Assembly (NCBI GenBank): GCA_903822495.1
Contig: CAIJPD010000043.1
Coordinates: 46-64,045 of the forward strand
Source: an uncultured Chloroflexota bacterium
GTDB lineage: Bacteria > Chloroflexota > Limnocylindria > Limnocylindrales > CSP1-4
Length of the DNA stretch: 64,000 bases
Direction of reading: 5' to 3'
Under the pieces are notes generated by a model. The model saw nothing but the letters and a program-made list of their open reading frames with translations. It was not told the origin of the DNA and made no database searches. Position 1 is the stretch's first letter. Each line of letters starts with the position of its first letter. A program made the position numbers and the translations under genes. Shown in pieces: positions 20,511 through 37,614 of the stretch.

Positions 20511-21308
20511 TCAACCGGCCGCAAGCGTCATGTCAACGCCGTCCACCGACGACGGCTTGCCGGGTCCCTCCCAGCGAACCACGCGCCAGCCCGAGACCAC
20601 CGCGCCACGCACGGCGACCGCCGCGTGGTAGCCGCGGTCCGGCCGGAACGCCACGCACCACCAGCGGCCCTGTCCCTCGGGCGCACGCATGGCCAGCAAC
20701 TCGGCGGCGCCGGACGGATCGAGTCGGACGTCGAAGGCGTCGAGGGGCAGCTGGAGGCCCACCCCGATCGCCTTGACGACCGCCTCCTTGCGCGTCCACG
20801 CCGCCAGGAAACCGTCCAGGCGGTCCCCAGCGCACAGGCTCGCGAGCTGGTCCTGCTCGGCTGCGGAGAGCACCCGCCTCGCCAAGGCATCCAGGTCCGG
20901 GATCGGCCGGCGGAGCTCGATGTCCACGCCCACGTCGCCCGCGGCTGCGACGCCCACCAGCGCGAGCTCGCCACCGTGGGCGAGGTTGAAGGACGGAGGC
21001 ACGGGCGACAGGCCTTCCGCCAGGAACGGCTTGCCCTGGGGACCCGACTCGAATGCCAGCGCCTCGAGCGGGATGCCGGTGTAGCGCGAAAGGATGTCGC
21101 GGAGGGCGGCGTGGGCCACGATGTGGCGCCTCCGGTCTGCCTCGAAGGCGAACCGATTCGCGGCCGCCAGCTCGGTCGCATCGAGCAGGCCGGCCAGGCC
21201 GGCCACCTGGTCATCGGGCAGGTCGAGCGCGACCAGCCAGGCGTGCAGCTGGGTGTGGACCGGCGAAGCGCTGGACGAAGGGGTGGCGGGTGCCCGGTCT
21301 GGCGTCAC
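20511..21308 (-). CDS. Sfp-type 4'-phosphopantetheinyl transferase
   Basis: GPQGKP, FNLAH, VGVDIE and WTRKEAVVKAIG. Confidence 0.94.
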   Translation of the reverse strand: MTPDRAPATPSSSASPVHTQLHAWLVALDLPDDQVAGLAGLLDATELAAANRFAFEADRRRHIVAHAALRDILSRYTGIPLEALAFESGPQGKPFLAEGLSPVPPSFNLAHGGELALVGVAAAGDVGVDIELRRPIPDLDALARRVLSAAEQDQLASLCAGDRLDGFLAAWTRKEAVVKAIGVGLQLPLDAFDVRLDPSGAAELLAMRAPEGQGRWWCVAFRPDRGYHAAVAVRGAVVSGWRVVRWEGPGKPSSVDGVDMTLAAG

Positions 21309-22078
21309 GGCCCGCCGGCAGTCAGCCAGGGCGCGAGGTCACGCGCGATGGACGAGATCAGGAACGGCCGTGCTGACCGGACGAACAGGTGGTCGCCGGG
21401 GACCATCCGGCAGACAAACCGGCCGGTCGAGTGCGATCGCCAGGCCTCCAGTTCGGCGGGCAGCACCGTGGGGTCGTCGGTCCCGCCGAACGTTGAGATC
21501 GGGCACGCGAGCGGAGCCCCGGCCGCAAACGTGTACGTCTCCAGGATAGTCAGGTCGGCCCGCAGAGCCGGCAGGAGGAGGGCCCGGAGCTCGGCGTCGG
21601 CGGCGATCTCCGGGGGAATGGACCCGTAGCGGCGCTGGACGGCCGCAAGCAGCGCGAGGTCGGGCAGCCGATGCAGCTCGTCGCCGGCCGCGCGATGGTC
21701 GGGCGCGGGTGCGGCACCCGCGAACAGGTGGATCGGCATCGGGCCGCCCACCTCGCGCAGGGCCCGGACGAGCTCGAACGCGACGAGTGCCCCCATGCTG
21801 TGGCCATACACGGCAAATGGGCGGTCCAGGTAGGGGAGCAGCCGCGGCAGCAGGTTCGCCACGAGGTCGGCCATGCTCGTCACCGGTGCCTCGCGGAGGC
21901 GTCCCTCGCGGCCCGGCAGCGCCACGAGCCCCGCCTCGAGGCCCGCCGGGAGGTCGGTCAGCCAGGAGCGGTAGGCCGATGGGCCGCCGCCGGCGTGCGG
22001 GATCAGCACCAGTCGGCAACGGGGGTGCGGGTCGAGCCGCGGGCGAAGGACCCACGGACCCGGCAGCGAGTCGCTCAC
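21305..22078 (-). CDS. Standalone (type II-like) thioesterase
   Basis: PHAGG, LPGRE, GHSMG and PGDHLF. Confidence 0.94.
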   Translation of the reverse strand: MSDSLPGPWVLRPRLDPHPRCRLVLIPHAGGGPSAYRSWLTDLPAGLEAGLVALPGREGRLREAPVTSMADLVANLLPRLLPYLDRPFAVYGHSMGALVAFELVRALREVGGPMPIHLFAGAAPAPDHRAAGDELHRLPDLALLAAVQRRYGSIPPEIAADAELRALLLPALRADLTILETYTFAAGAPLACPISTFGGTDDPTVLPAELEAWRSHSTGRFVCRMVPGDHLFVRSARPFLISSIARDLAPWLTAGGP

Positions 22079-25000
22079 TCGGACGATGGTTCGGTGGCGC
22101 CGGCGGCACGGCTCTCCCCCACCGCGCGGGTCTCATGCGCGGAGAGCAGCCCCGCGACCGTCCGCCGCGCGAACACCACGTTGGCCAGGCCGTTGATCGT
22201 CGGATCCTCGAACATCGCCGCCAGCGAGACGTCCGTCTCCAGCACCTTGCGCAGGCGCGACACGACCTGGGTCGCCAGCAGCGAGTGGCCGCCGAGGTCG
22301 TAGAAGTTGTCGTAGACGCCGATGGGTTCGATCCCCAGCATCTCCTGCCAGACGGCGGCGATCGCCTCCTCCGTGGGATTGCGTGGCGCCACGTAGGAGC
22401 GGGCCAGGGCGGGCCGCGCCTTGGCCTCGGGCGGGGCCTCCTCCCGTGGCCCTCGGACGGTCGCCAGCTGGACCCAGGTCCGGTAGCGCGCCTGGAGGTC
22501 CGTCGCGGAGATGGCCACCTGCGGGGCGTGGACGCCGAACAATCGCCCGAAGCAGGCCAGGCCCTCCTCGCGCGTGATCGCCGTGGGCATGATCCGCTCG
22601 ACGAGGTTGTCGCGGATCAGGGTCATGATCCGTTCGTCGAGGGTCCACTCGAGGCGCCACGAGTCCCAGCTCTGGACCTGCCAGTCCCGGCCCGCCCGGC
22701 GGCCGCTCCACTGGGCAAACGTGGCCATGAACGCGCTGGCCGCCCCGAACGACACGTACCCGACGCCCCCGAGGACCGACCCCAGAGAGCCCAGCGCGAG
22801 CCGCAGGTCCAGGTCCCGGTCCGCGGTGACGCTGTCGATCGCCAGCAGCCCGTGGGCCACAGCCACCAGGTTGCGCTCGCATTCCGCGGCGCCGCTGTCC
22901 GTGATGGTGTTGATGCGGCCCGCCGAGGACCCCGCGGCCGCATGAATGACGCCCCGGAGCGGGCCGTGCCTCCGTTCCGCCGCCTGGATCGCGGAGGCGA
23001 TCGAGGCGGGCTGGTCCAGGCCGCATCCGACCACCTCCAGGGCCACGCCATGGTCCATGAGGACCTGGGCAGCCCGGACCCTGAGGCTCACGATGTGTTG
23101 AGGATCGTTCTCGGCGAGCCAGCGATCCCAGCGATCCCGGGGCGGCATGCTCGCGTCCTCGATGAAGAGGAGGGGCGTTCGCCAGGTGTCGGCGATGTGT
23201 TCCGCGAGGGCGAGGCCGATCCCGACCAGCCCACCCGACACGAGCAGGAGGCCACCCTCCCGGATTGGCGCCGGGGGCGCGGCCTCGACCCGGATCGGCT
23301 CGTACGTCTGGACCCACCGGTGCGGGCCACGGAACGCGACGACCATGTCGTGGTCGACCACCGCGAGCTCCGCTACGAGGGATCCCACGAGCACCTCGGG
23401 CCGGGGCATGGCCGCCGGGTCCAGGTCGATCAGGCGGCAGGAGACGTTGTGATACTCCTGCTGGATCACCTTCGCCTGGCCGACCAGCGTCCCGGGCTCG
23501 GGCCGCAACGGCTCCGCGCCCGTGATGTCGTGGAGCCCCGCCGTGAGCGACGTGATGGTGATGGGCATGGTGATGTTGTGGCGACCCAGCGCACGCACGA
23601 GGTGGAGGACGGGATAGAACGAGCGCGCCTGAAAGGCGCGGAACGAGGCGATGTCCGGGGCCTGGTCCGGCGCCACCTCCACCCCGAGCGTCCAGCCCGC
23701 GATGACATGATCCGGCACCAGTCCCGAAGCCAGCAGGTCGCCGACCAGCGCGTTGTAGCCGGCCGGCGCCGCCGGATCCAGCGTCCAGGACCGGTCACCA
23801 TCCCTGTGGAACGCGGCCCCCACGGCGACGCGAACCACGGCGTCCCCCGCCTCCGCGAGTCGCGTGGCCACGGCATCGACGACTGGATCGTCGGCCAGCA
23901 CCAGCCAGGTCCGCGGCGGAACCGCCGTCCCCGGGGTGGCTGGGACCGGCGGGAGGATTCGCCGCCAGGACGGCACCGAGAACCAGTCCGCGATGTCCGG
24001 CCGCTTGCGCCCGGCGATGGCGCCGGGCAGGTCACCGGCGCCGAGGACCCCGTCGCGGTCGCGCGCGCCCGGGTCGGCGGTATCACCCGGTGACACCCAG
24101 TGGCGCTCGCGCTGGAACGGGTACGTCGGCAGCGGTACTCGCCGGCCCCCAGCCCGGCCGTCCGCGGCGACGACGCTGATGGCCGCGCCGGCCGTCCACA
24201 GCCGCGCCGCGGCCTCGCGGAGCTGCTCCAGCTCACCCGGCCCGCGATCGGTGGCCCCCATCGCCGCGACGGCCAGGGATTCGCGGCGGTGCTGGCGGAC
24301 GAACGTCCCGAGGGCGCGCCCGGGGCCTACCTCCAGAAAGACGGCGTCGGGCTCGGCTCGAAGCACGGTCTCGATCCCCGGGCCGAAATGCACCGGCGCC
24401 CGGAGCTGGCGGCCCCAGTACGCCGGATCGATCGCCGCTTCGTCCTGCAGCCAATCGCCGGTCAGGTTGGAGATGACACGCACGGCTGGCAGGTGGCGGG
24501 GCACGGCCGCCACGGCGGCGCTGAACGGGGCAACCGCACCGTCCATGAGCGCCGAGTGGAACGCGTGCGACGTGCGCAGGGGTCGATTGCCCACGCCATC
24601 GGCGTCGAGCCTGGCCCGCAGCGCGTCGATCGCCATCGCAGGGCCTGACACCACGCACAGGTCCGGGGCATTGAGCGCGGCGACGGTCAGCGAGGGCGCC
24701 AGGTCCGACTCCAGCTGGGCGGCCGGGAGGGCGACGGAGAGCATCGAGCCGGGAGGCTGCGACTGCATGAGCCGCCCGCGCTCCACCACCAGCCGCAACG
24801 CGTCGTCCGCGCTGAACACGCCGGCGACGCACGCCGCGACCAGCTCCCCCACGCTGTGGCCCAGCAGCACATCCGGGCGGAGGCCCCAGGCCTCCAGCTG
24901 GCGGGTGAGCGCCAGCTCGATGGCGAAGAGCACGGGCTGCGTCAGCCTGGTCTGGGCCAGCGCCTCGCCGGCAGCCACGGCATCCTCGCCGGTAGCGAAG

Positions 25001-26825
25001 AGCAGTCGGGGCACGTCGACGCCGACCAGGCGGCGAAGCTGGTCGAGCCGGAGATCCAGCTCCTCGCGGAAGACCGGCAGGCTGGCGTGAAGCTCCCGGC
25101 CCATGCCCACCGCCTGGGCACCCTGGCCTGGGAACAGGAACACCACTGGCCGGCGGCCATGCGTGGCGCCCTCGAAGGGCATCGACGGCCCCTCACCCCG
25201 AAGGATCGCGGCCGCCTCCGCCGTGGTGGCCGCACGGAGCGCGAGTCGTTCGCCCAAGCCGGCTCGACCGGCCCACAGCGTGTGCGCCACGTCGTCGATC
25301 GACAGGTCGGGGCGTTCGGCGAGGTGGGCGCCCAGCCGCTCGCGGGCGGACGTGAGCGCGTCCTGGGTCCGGGCCGACAGCACCAGCGTGCGCCGGGGCG
25401 CCTGGGCCTGGGCCTGGGCCGAGGACACGGCGGGGCCTGCGGTCCGAGGTGCCTCCTCGATCACCACGTGCGCGTTGGTGCCGCCGATGCCCAGCGATGA
25501 GACGCCCGCGCGGCGCGGTGTGGCGCCGGCCGGCCACGGCTCGAGTCGCGTGACGACGCGGAACGGGCTGGTCGCGAAGTCGATCCGCGGGTTGAGCGTG
25601 CTGACGTTGATCGTGGGCGGGATCTCGCGATGCTGGAGCGCGAGAATGGCCTTGATGAGTCCGGCGGCGCCCGCGGCGGTGTTGAGGTGTCCGATGTTGG
25701 GCTTGAGAGAGCCCAACGCGCAGAAGCCGACATCCGGGGTGCCCGTGCGGAAGGCGCGCGTGAGCGCCTCCACTTCGATGGGGTCGCCGAGGGGGGTGCC
25801 CGTGCCGTGGGCTTCGACGAAGCCGATGTCCCGCGGCGATACACCCGCTGCGGCCAGCGCCTGGGCCACGACGGCGGCCTGGCCGTCGACGCTGGGCGCG
25901 GTGAAGCCGACCTTGAGCGACCCGTCGTTGTTCACGGCCGTGCCCTTGATCACCGCCCGGACGGTATCGCCGTCCCTGATGGCATCATCGAGCCGCTTGA
26001 GGACGACCAGCCCGCAGCCACTACCGAACACCGTCCCCCGGGCGTCGGCGTCGAATGCACGGCAGTGGCCGTCGGGCGAGAGGATCGAACCCTCTTCGTA
26101 CCGATACCCGGCCAGGTGCGGGACGATCACCGACGACCCTCCGGCCAGTGCCATGTCGCAATCGCCGGCGAGCAGGGCCTGGCGCGCGAGGTGGACTGCG
26201 ACCAGCGACGTGGAGCACGCGGTCTGGACGTTGATGCTGGGGCCGGTGAGGTTCAGCTTGTAGGAGACCTGCGTCGCGGCGTAGTCCTTGTCGCCGTTCA
26301 GCAGCAGGGCGAGCTCGCCCGCGGACCGCACGACCCCGCGGTTGGTGAACAGGTTGTGGATCGCATAGCCGTTGAGGCCCACGCCCGCATAGATCCCGAT
26401 CGCGCCCGGGTAGCGGCCCGGGTCGGTGCCGGCGTCCTCCAGTGCCTGCCAGCCGCACTCGAGCAGCAGGCGGCGCTGCGGATCCATCAGGCGGGCGTCG
26501 GCCGGGCTGATGTCGAAGAAGGCGGCGTCGAAGCGGTCGAAGTCGTCCAGGACCGGGGCTGCACGAACGTAGGCGGGATCGGCGAGATCGTCCGGGTCCA
26601 CGCCGGCATCGAGCAGCTCCTGCTCGGACAGGCTCCGAATTGACTCCACGCCGGCCCGGAGGTTCGCCCAGAACGCGTCGACATCGGGCGCACCCGGGAA
26701 CCGCCCGGCCATGCCGATCACGGCGATGTCGAGTTCGTCGGAAGCCTCGACCCGCGCCCGATCGCCTGCGCCGTTGTCCATCGCCTGGTGCTCCTGCTCT
26801 TCGCGCTGGTGGCCCTCGCCCGACA

Positions 26826-26829
<4 letters not shown>
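22075..26829 (-). CDS. Type I PKS: KS-AT(malonyl)-KR(probably inactive)-ACP
   Basis: KS DKDY...VQTACSTS, HGTGT, NIGH; AT GHSVG and HAFH; KR GGLVGIG with GYVSFGAAS (catalytic Tyr absent); ACP LGGHSL. Confidence 0.92.
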
Positions 26830-32766
<5,937 letters not shown>

Positions 32767-32774
<8 letters not shown>

Positions 32775-35700
32775 CGTTCTCCGTCGGGTGCTCGAAGGCG
32801 GCAAGCACACCCTCGAGCGCCGCGAGCTCGCGGGCAAGGGCCGAGCGCTCCTCGTCCATGGTCAGTCGCGCAGGGTCCTCGGCGCTGGCGACGCTCGGCG
32901 CCTCCCCCGGGGGTTCGCCCGGCCTCGAGACCCGTCCGTCGGACTCGGAAGCCGAGGCCGGCGGGGCCGCCGTCCCGTCACCGGCCAGGTGGACGGCGAG
33001 CGCCCGGGCATTGGGATGGTCGAAGGCAAGCGTGGCCGGCAGCGTCCGTCCAAGGTCCGACTCAAGCCGGCGGCGAAGCTCCACGGCCATCAGGGAGTCC
33101 ATGCCCAGGTCATGGAAGCCGGTCCTTGGATCGGGCAGGTCGCCGGGTGCGAAGCCCAGCACCTCGGCGGCCCGCACCAACAGGTGCGCCTCCAGGATGG
33201 CGGTCCGCTCGGCCTGGCCCGCGCCCGCGAGCCGCTCATCCAGGGCCCGGACGAGCGGATCGGCAGCGTCACGCGGGGGGGCGGCCACGAGCGGCGGAAC
33301 GGCGCCTGTCTCAGCGGCTCCAATCCCGGCGAGGATCGGCCGCGCGCGGCGCGACGCCGCGGCCGCACGGAGCGCACCGAGGTCGGCGGCGGCGGCGGTG
33401 ACGACCGCCTCACCCTGGGCGATCACGCGACCCAGGACATCGAGCGCTGCCGACGGCGAGATCGACAGGACACCCACTCGGCCAAGGGCTCGCTCGGCGT
33501 CCGCCGTGAACATGCCGTCGGTGGCCCATGGGCCCCAGGCGATGACGGTGGCGGGCAGGCCCATGGCGTGGCGTCGGCAGGCAAGGGCCTCGAGGACGGC
33601 GTTGGCCGCCGCATAGTGAGCCTGGCCCAGCGAACCCCAGGTGGCGGCGATCGACGAGAACCCGACGAAACAGTCGAGATCGTGGCCCAGCGTCAGCTCG
33701 TGCAGCCGCCACGCCCCGAGTGCCTTCCCGTGGAGCGCGGCCGCCACCTCCGATGGCTGGAGCTGCTCGATCGTCCGGTTCGACATCGTGCCGGCGAGGT
33801 GCACCACGCCGGCCAACGCCGGCCGCTCCGCGGCGATCCGCGCGAGGGCCGCGCGAAGCGACACCTCGTCGCCGACATCGGCGCGAAGCTCGAGGACCGT
33901 GACCCCGGTATCGGCGAGGTCCTCCAGCGACCGGCGGTCCTCTGGTGACGACGCGCCACGGCGACCGAGCAGGGCCAGGGAGCGGGCGCCCCGCCCGGCC
34001 AGCCAGCGCACCACGTCCCGCCCCAGGCCCCCGAACGCGCCGGTGACCAGGTACGTCCCGTCCTGGCGCAGGGGGCGCGCGATCGCGTCAGGCCGCTCCA
34101 CCGGCACCAGCACCGGCCCCAGGCGACGGCCGTCGCGCAGCGCGCGCTGGTCCTCCTCGAGGACGTGGGACACCTCCTCGAGCACCCGGGCCGCTTCGCC
34201 GGCGCGCTCCCCGGCCGGGTCCAGGTCGATGTGGCCACCCCAGGACCCGGGCTGCTCGAGCGCGGCCACCCGGGCCACCCCCGATACCGCTCCCGCCAGG
34301 ACGGCGCTGGGCGGCGTCCGTCCGGTTGCGGGGAGGGCTCCCCGGGAGAGCAGCCAGACACGGGGCCCGCCCGACGCCCGGGCGCTCGCCGCGGCCCTGA
34401 GCGCGGCGATCGGCACGCCAGCGGCCAGGCGCAGGCCCTCGGCGGGGTCGGCGACGGCATCCGCGTCCAGTGGCGAGGCCACCAGGATGCCGGCGACGGC
34501 CGATCTGGCGAGTTCGGCCGCAAGCCAGTCCGCAAGCGGGCCGGGTCCGGTGATCCCACCCACGGCGCCCGGCGCCGACATCGCCGACGTCGGCGCCTCG
34601 ACGGTCGTGCCCCCACCGGCACGAACCAGGGCGGCGACCTCGTGGGCGAACCCCGCTCGATCCGGGATCACGAGCCAGCGGCCGCGATGAGCGTCCGGGC
34701 GGGCGGTGGGCGAACTGGCCGCGATCGACGGATCGGCCGCGATCTCATGCCAGGCCGTCCGGAACAGCCGGACGTCCGCCGACCCGGCGCCGCGCGGCGC
34801 AGTTGGCTGGCCCGAGGGCAGTTGCGGACCCGACAGGGGCCGGGTGCGGTCCGCCGTGGACGTCCCGCCGGCGGGCGCCGCCCAGTGCCGCTGGCGCTGG
34901 AAGGGATACGTCGGGAGTGAGACGGGCGTGGGGCGGCGCCCGTCGTTGACGCCGCGCCAGTCGATCGGGGCCCCAAGGGCGAACAGCCCGCCCAGCGCCG
35001 CCAGCATCTCGGACCGGCCGTCCCGATCCGCCCGGAGGCTGTGCAGCCAGGCCATCCCTGAGCCGGGGAGGGCGGACCGGGCCAGCGCGAGGAGCACGGG
35101 CTGCGGGCCGATCTCGAGCACCGCGTCCAGGCGCAGGTCGCGCAGCGCCTCCAGGCCGCGCGCGAATTGCACGGGCTCGCGGACCTGGCGGACCCAGGCG
35201 TCCGGGTTGGCGATCTCGGAGCCGGCCAGCTCGCCGCTGACGTTCCAGATCATGGGGATCCGGGGGCGCGACAGCCGGACCGCGGCGACGGCCGCGGTCC
35301 ACGGGCCCAGCATCGGCTCCACGAGGGGCGAGTGGAACGCGCGGTTGACTCGGAGCTCCGTCGCCTGGAGGCCAGCCGAGCGCACCCGGTCGAGGACGAC
35401 CGCCAGGTGGTCCGATGCGCCCGCCAGCACCGTCTGGTGCGGACCGTTGACCGCGGCGATGGAGACCGACGGCCCGGCCGCCACCAGCAGCGGCGCGAGC
35501 TCGTCCACGCTGGCACGCACCGACCACATGGCACCCGGCGCGAGGTCCTGCATCAGGCGCGCCCGGGTCGCGACGAGGCGCAGCGCGTCGTCGGGCGCCA
35601 TCACCCCGGCCGCGACCGCGGCGGGGTACTCACCCAGGCTGTGGCCCAGGACAGCATCCGCCCTGATCCCCCAGCTGCCCCAGAGGTCCAGCAGCGCGAG

Positions 35701-37614
35701 CTCCACGGCCACAGTCGCGGGCTGTGCCCAGGCCGTCTCGACGAGCAGGTCCGGCTGGCCCGGGGCCGGATCGAGGATGGATCGCAGCGGGTGGCCGAGG
35801 ATGGGGTCGAGGACCAGCGCGCAACGATCGATCGCGGCCCGGTAGGCCGGCCAGGCCGCATCGAGGTCGCGACCCATCCGGGCCCACGCGGATCCCTGCC
35901 CCGTGAACAGGAAGCCGATCCGTGGTCGTGCCCCGGGTGCCACGTGGCCGCGGGACATCCCTGCCGGCCGGCCGCCGCCCAGGGCCGCGTCCAGTCGAGT
36001 CGCCGCCTCCATGCCACCAGCGGCAAGCACCGCGAGCCGGTGCTCGAACGCGGCGCGGCCATTCTGGGCTGTCGCGCACGCGGCTGGCCACGGGAGCGGC
36101 GGCTGGGCCCGGAGGCGGCGCGCCGTCGCCGTCGCCAGCGCATCCAGTGCCGCCGGTGTCCGGGCCGACAGCACGAGGAGTCCGGGGGCGCCATCGTCGG
36201 CCGGGAGCGGTCCGGAGTCGGGCCCGGGGTCGGGCGCCTGCTCCAGGATGACGTGGGCGTTCGTCCCGCTGAAGCCGAAGCCGCTCACGCCGGCGCGCCG
36301 CGGCCCCTCGCTGGCCGGCCACGAACGCTGGGCGGTCGGGACCGCGAGCGCCAGCTCGCTCCACGGGACGTGCGGGTTTGGGTCGTTGAGGTGCAGGTGA
36401 GCCGGGACCTCGCCGTGGTGGAGTGCCAGCACGGTCTTGATGAGCGCCGCCATGCCGGCCGCGGCCTCCAGGTGTCCCACGTTCGTCTTCACCGACCCCA
36501 CCAGGAGCGGCTCGCCGGCCGCGCGGCCCTGCCCATAGACCGCGTCCAGGGCACCCAGCTCGATCGGGTCGCCAAGCTGCGTGCCGGTCCCGTGGGCCTC
36601 CACGAACTGCACCTCGTGGGGCCGGACGCGGGCCCCGGCCAGGGCCTGGCGCATCACGGCCTGCTGCGCGGGTCCGCTCGGCACGGTCAGCCCGCCGCTG
36701 GCGCCATCCTGGTTCACGGCCGAACCACGGATCAGGGCCCAGACGCGGTCGCCCGCCGCAAGCGCGTCGTCGAATCGCTTCAGCACCAGGATTCCGCAGC
36801 CCTCGCCCCGCCCGTACCCGTCGGCCAACCGGTCGAACGTCTTGCAGCGCCCATCGGGCGCCAGGAAGCCCGCTCGCGAGAAGCTGATGCTGACTTCGGG
36901 CGAGAGGATCAGGTTCACGCCCCCGGCCAGCGCGGCGTCGCACTCGCCCCGGCGCAGAGCGCCGACCGCGAGATGGGTGGCGACCAGCGATGACGAGCAC
37001 GCCGTATCCACGGCCAGCGCGGGGCCGGTGAGCCCGAGCGTGTAGGCCAGCCGTCCGGCCGCGACGTTGAGCGCGCTCCCGGAGCCGGCATAGGCGTCGA
37101 TGGCGGCCGGGTCGGCCATCAGCAGCTTCGCGTATTCGAACCCGCTGATGCCGATGAACACGCCCGTGCGGCTGCCGAACAGCGAGGCGGGCGAGATGCC
37201 CGCATGCTCCAGTGCCTCCCAACCCACTTCCAGGAGGAGGCGCTGCTGCGGGTCCAGGCTGGGGGCCTCGCGCGGCGAGATGCCGAAGAACGCCGGGTCA
37301 TAGGCGTCGACCCGCTCGAGGAAGGCCCCGCGGCGCGTCACGATCCGGCCGGCGGCCGCAGGATCGGGATCGTACAGGGCGCCGGCGTCCCAGCGATCCC
37401 GCGGCACCTCGCTGGTGGCGTCGACCCCATCCCGCAGGAGGCGCCAGAAGGCGTCGGGGTCGTCAGCACCGCCGGGCAGCCGGCAGCCGATGCCGACGAC
37501 GGCGATCGGCATGAAATGCTCCCGCTCGTGAACGTCGAGCTCGGCCCGGAGGGCGCGGAGCTCCTGGTACGCGCCGGCGAGCAGCTCCTGCATGGAGGGG
37601 AGTGTCCCGGTCAC
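32767..37614 (-). CDS. Type I PKS: KS-AT-KR(A-type)-ACP
   Basis: KS DTACSSS; AT GHSLG and RAFH; KR GAFGGLG with ATWGSLGQAHYAAAN and no LDD; ACP LGMDSL. Confidence 0.93.

Noticed and set aside
25401-25420. (CCTGGG)n micro-repeat
   Set aside because: Encodes an in-frame AQAQAQA linker after the KS; unremarkable.
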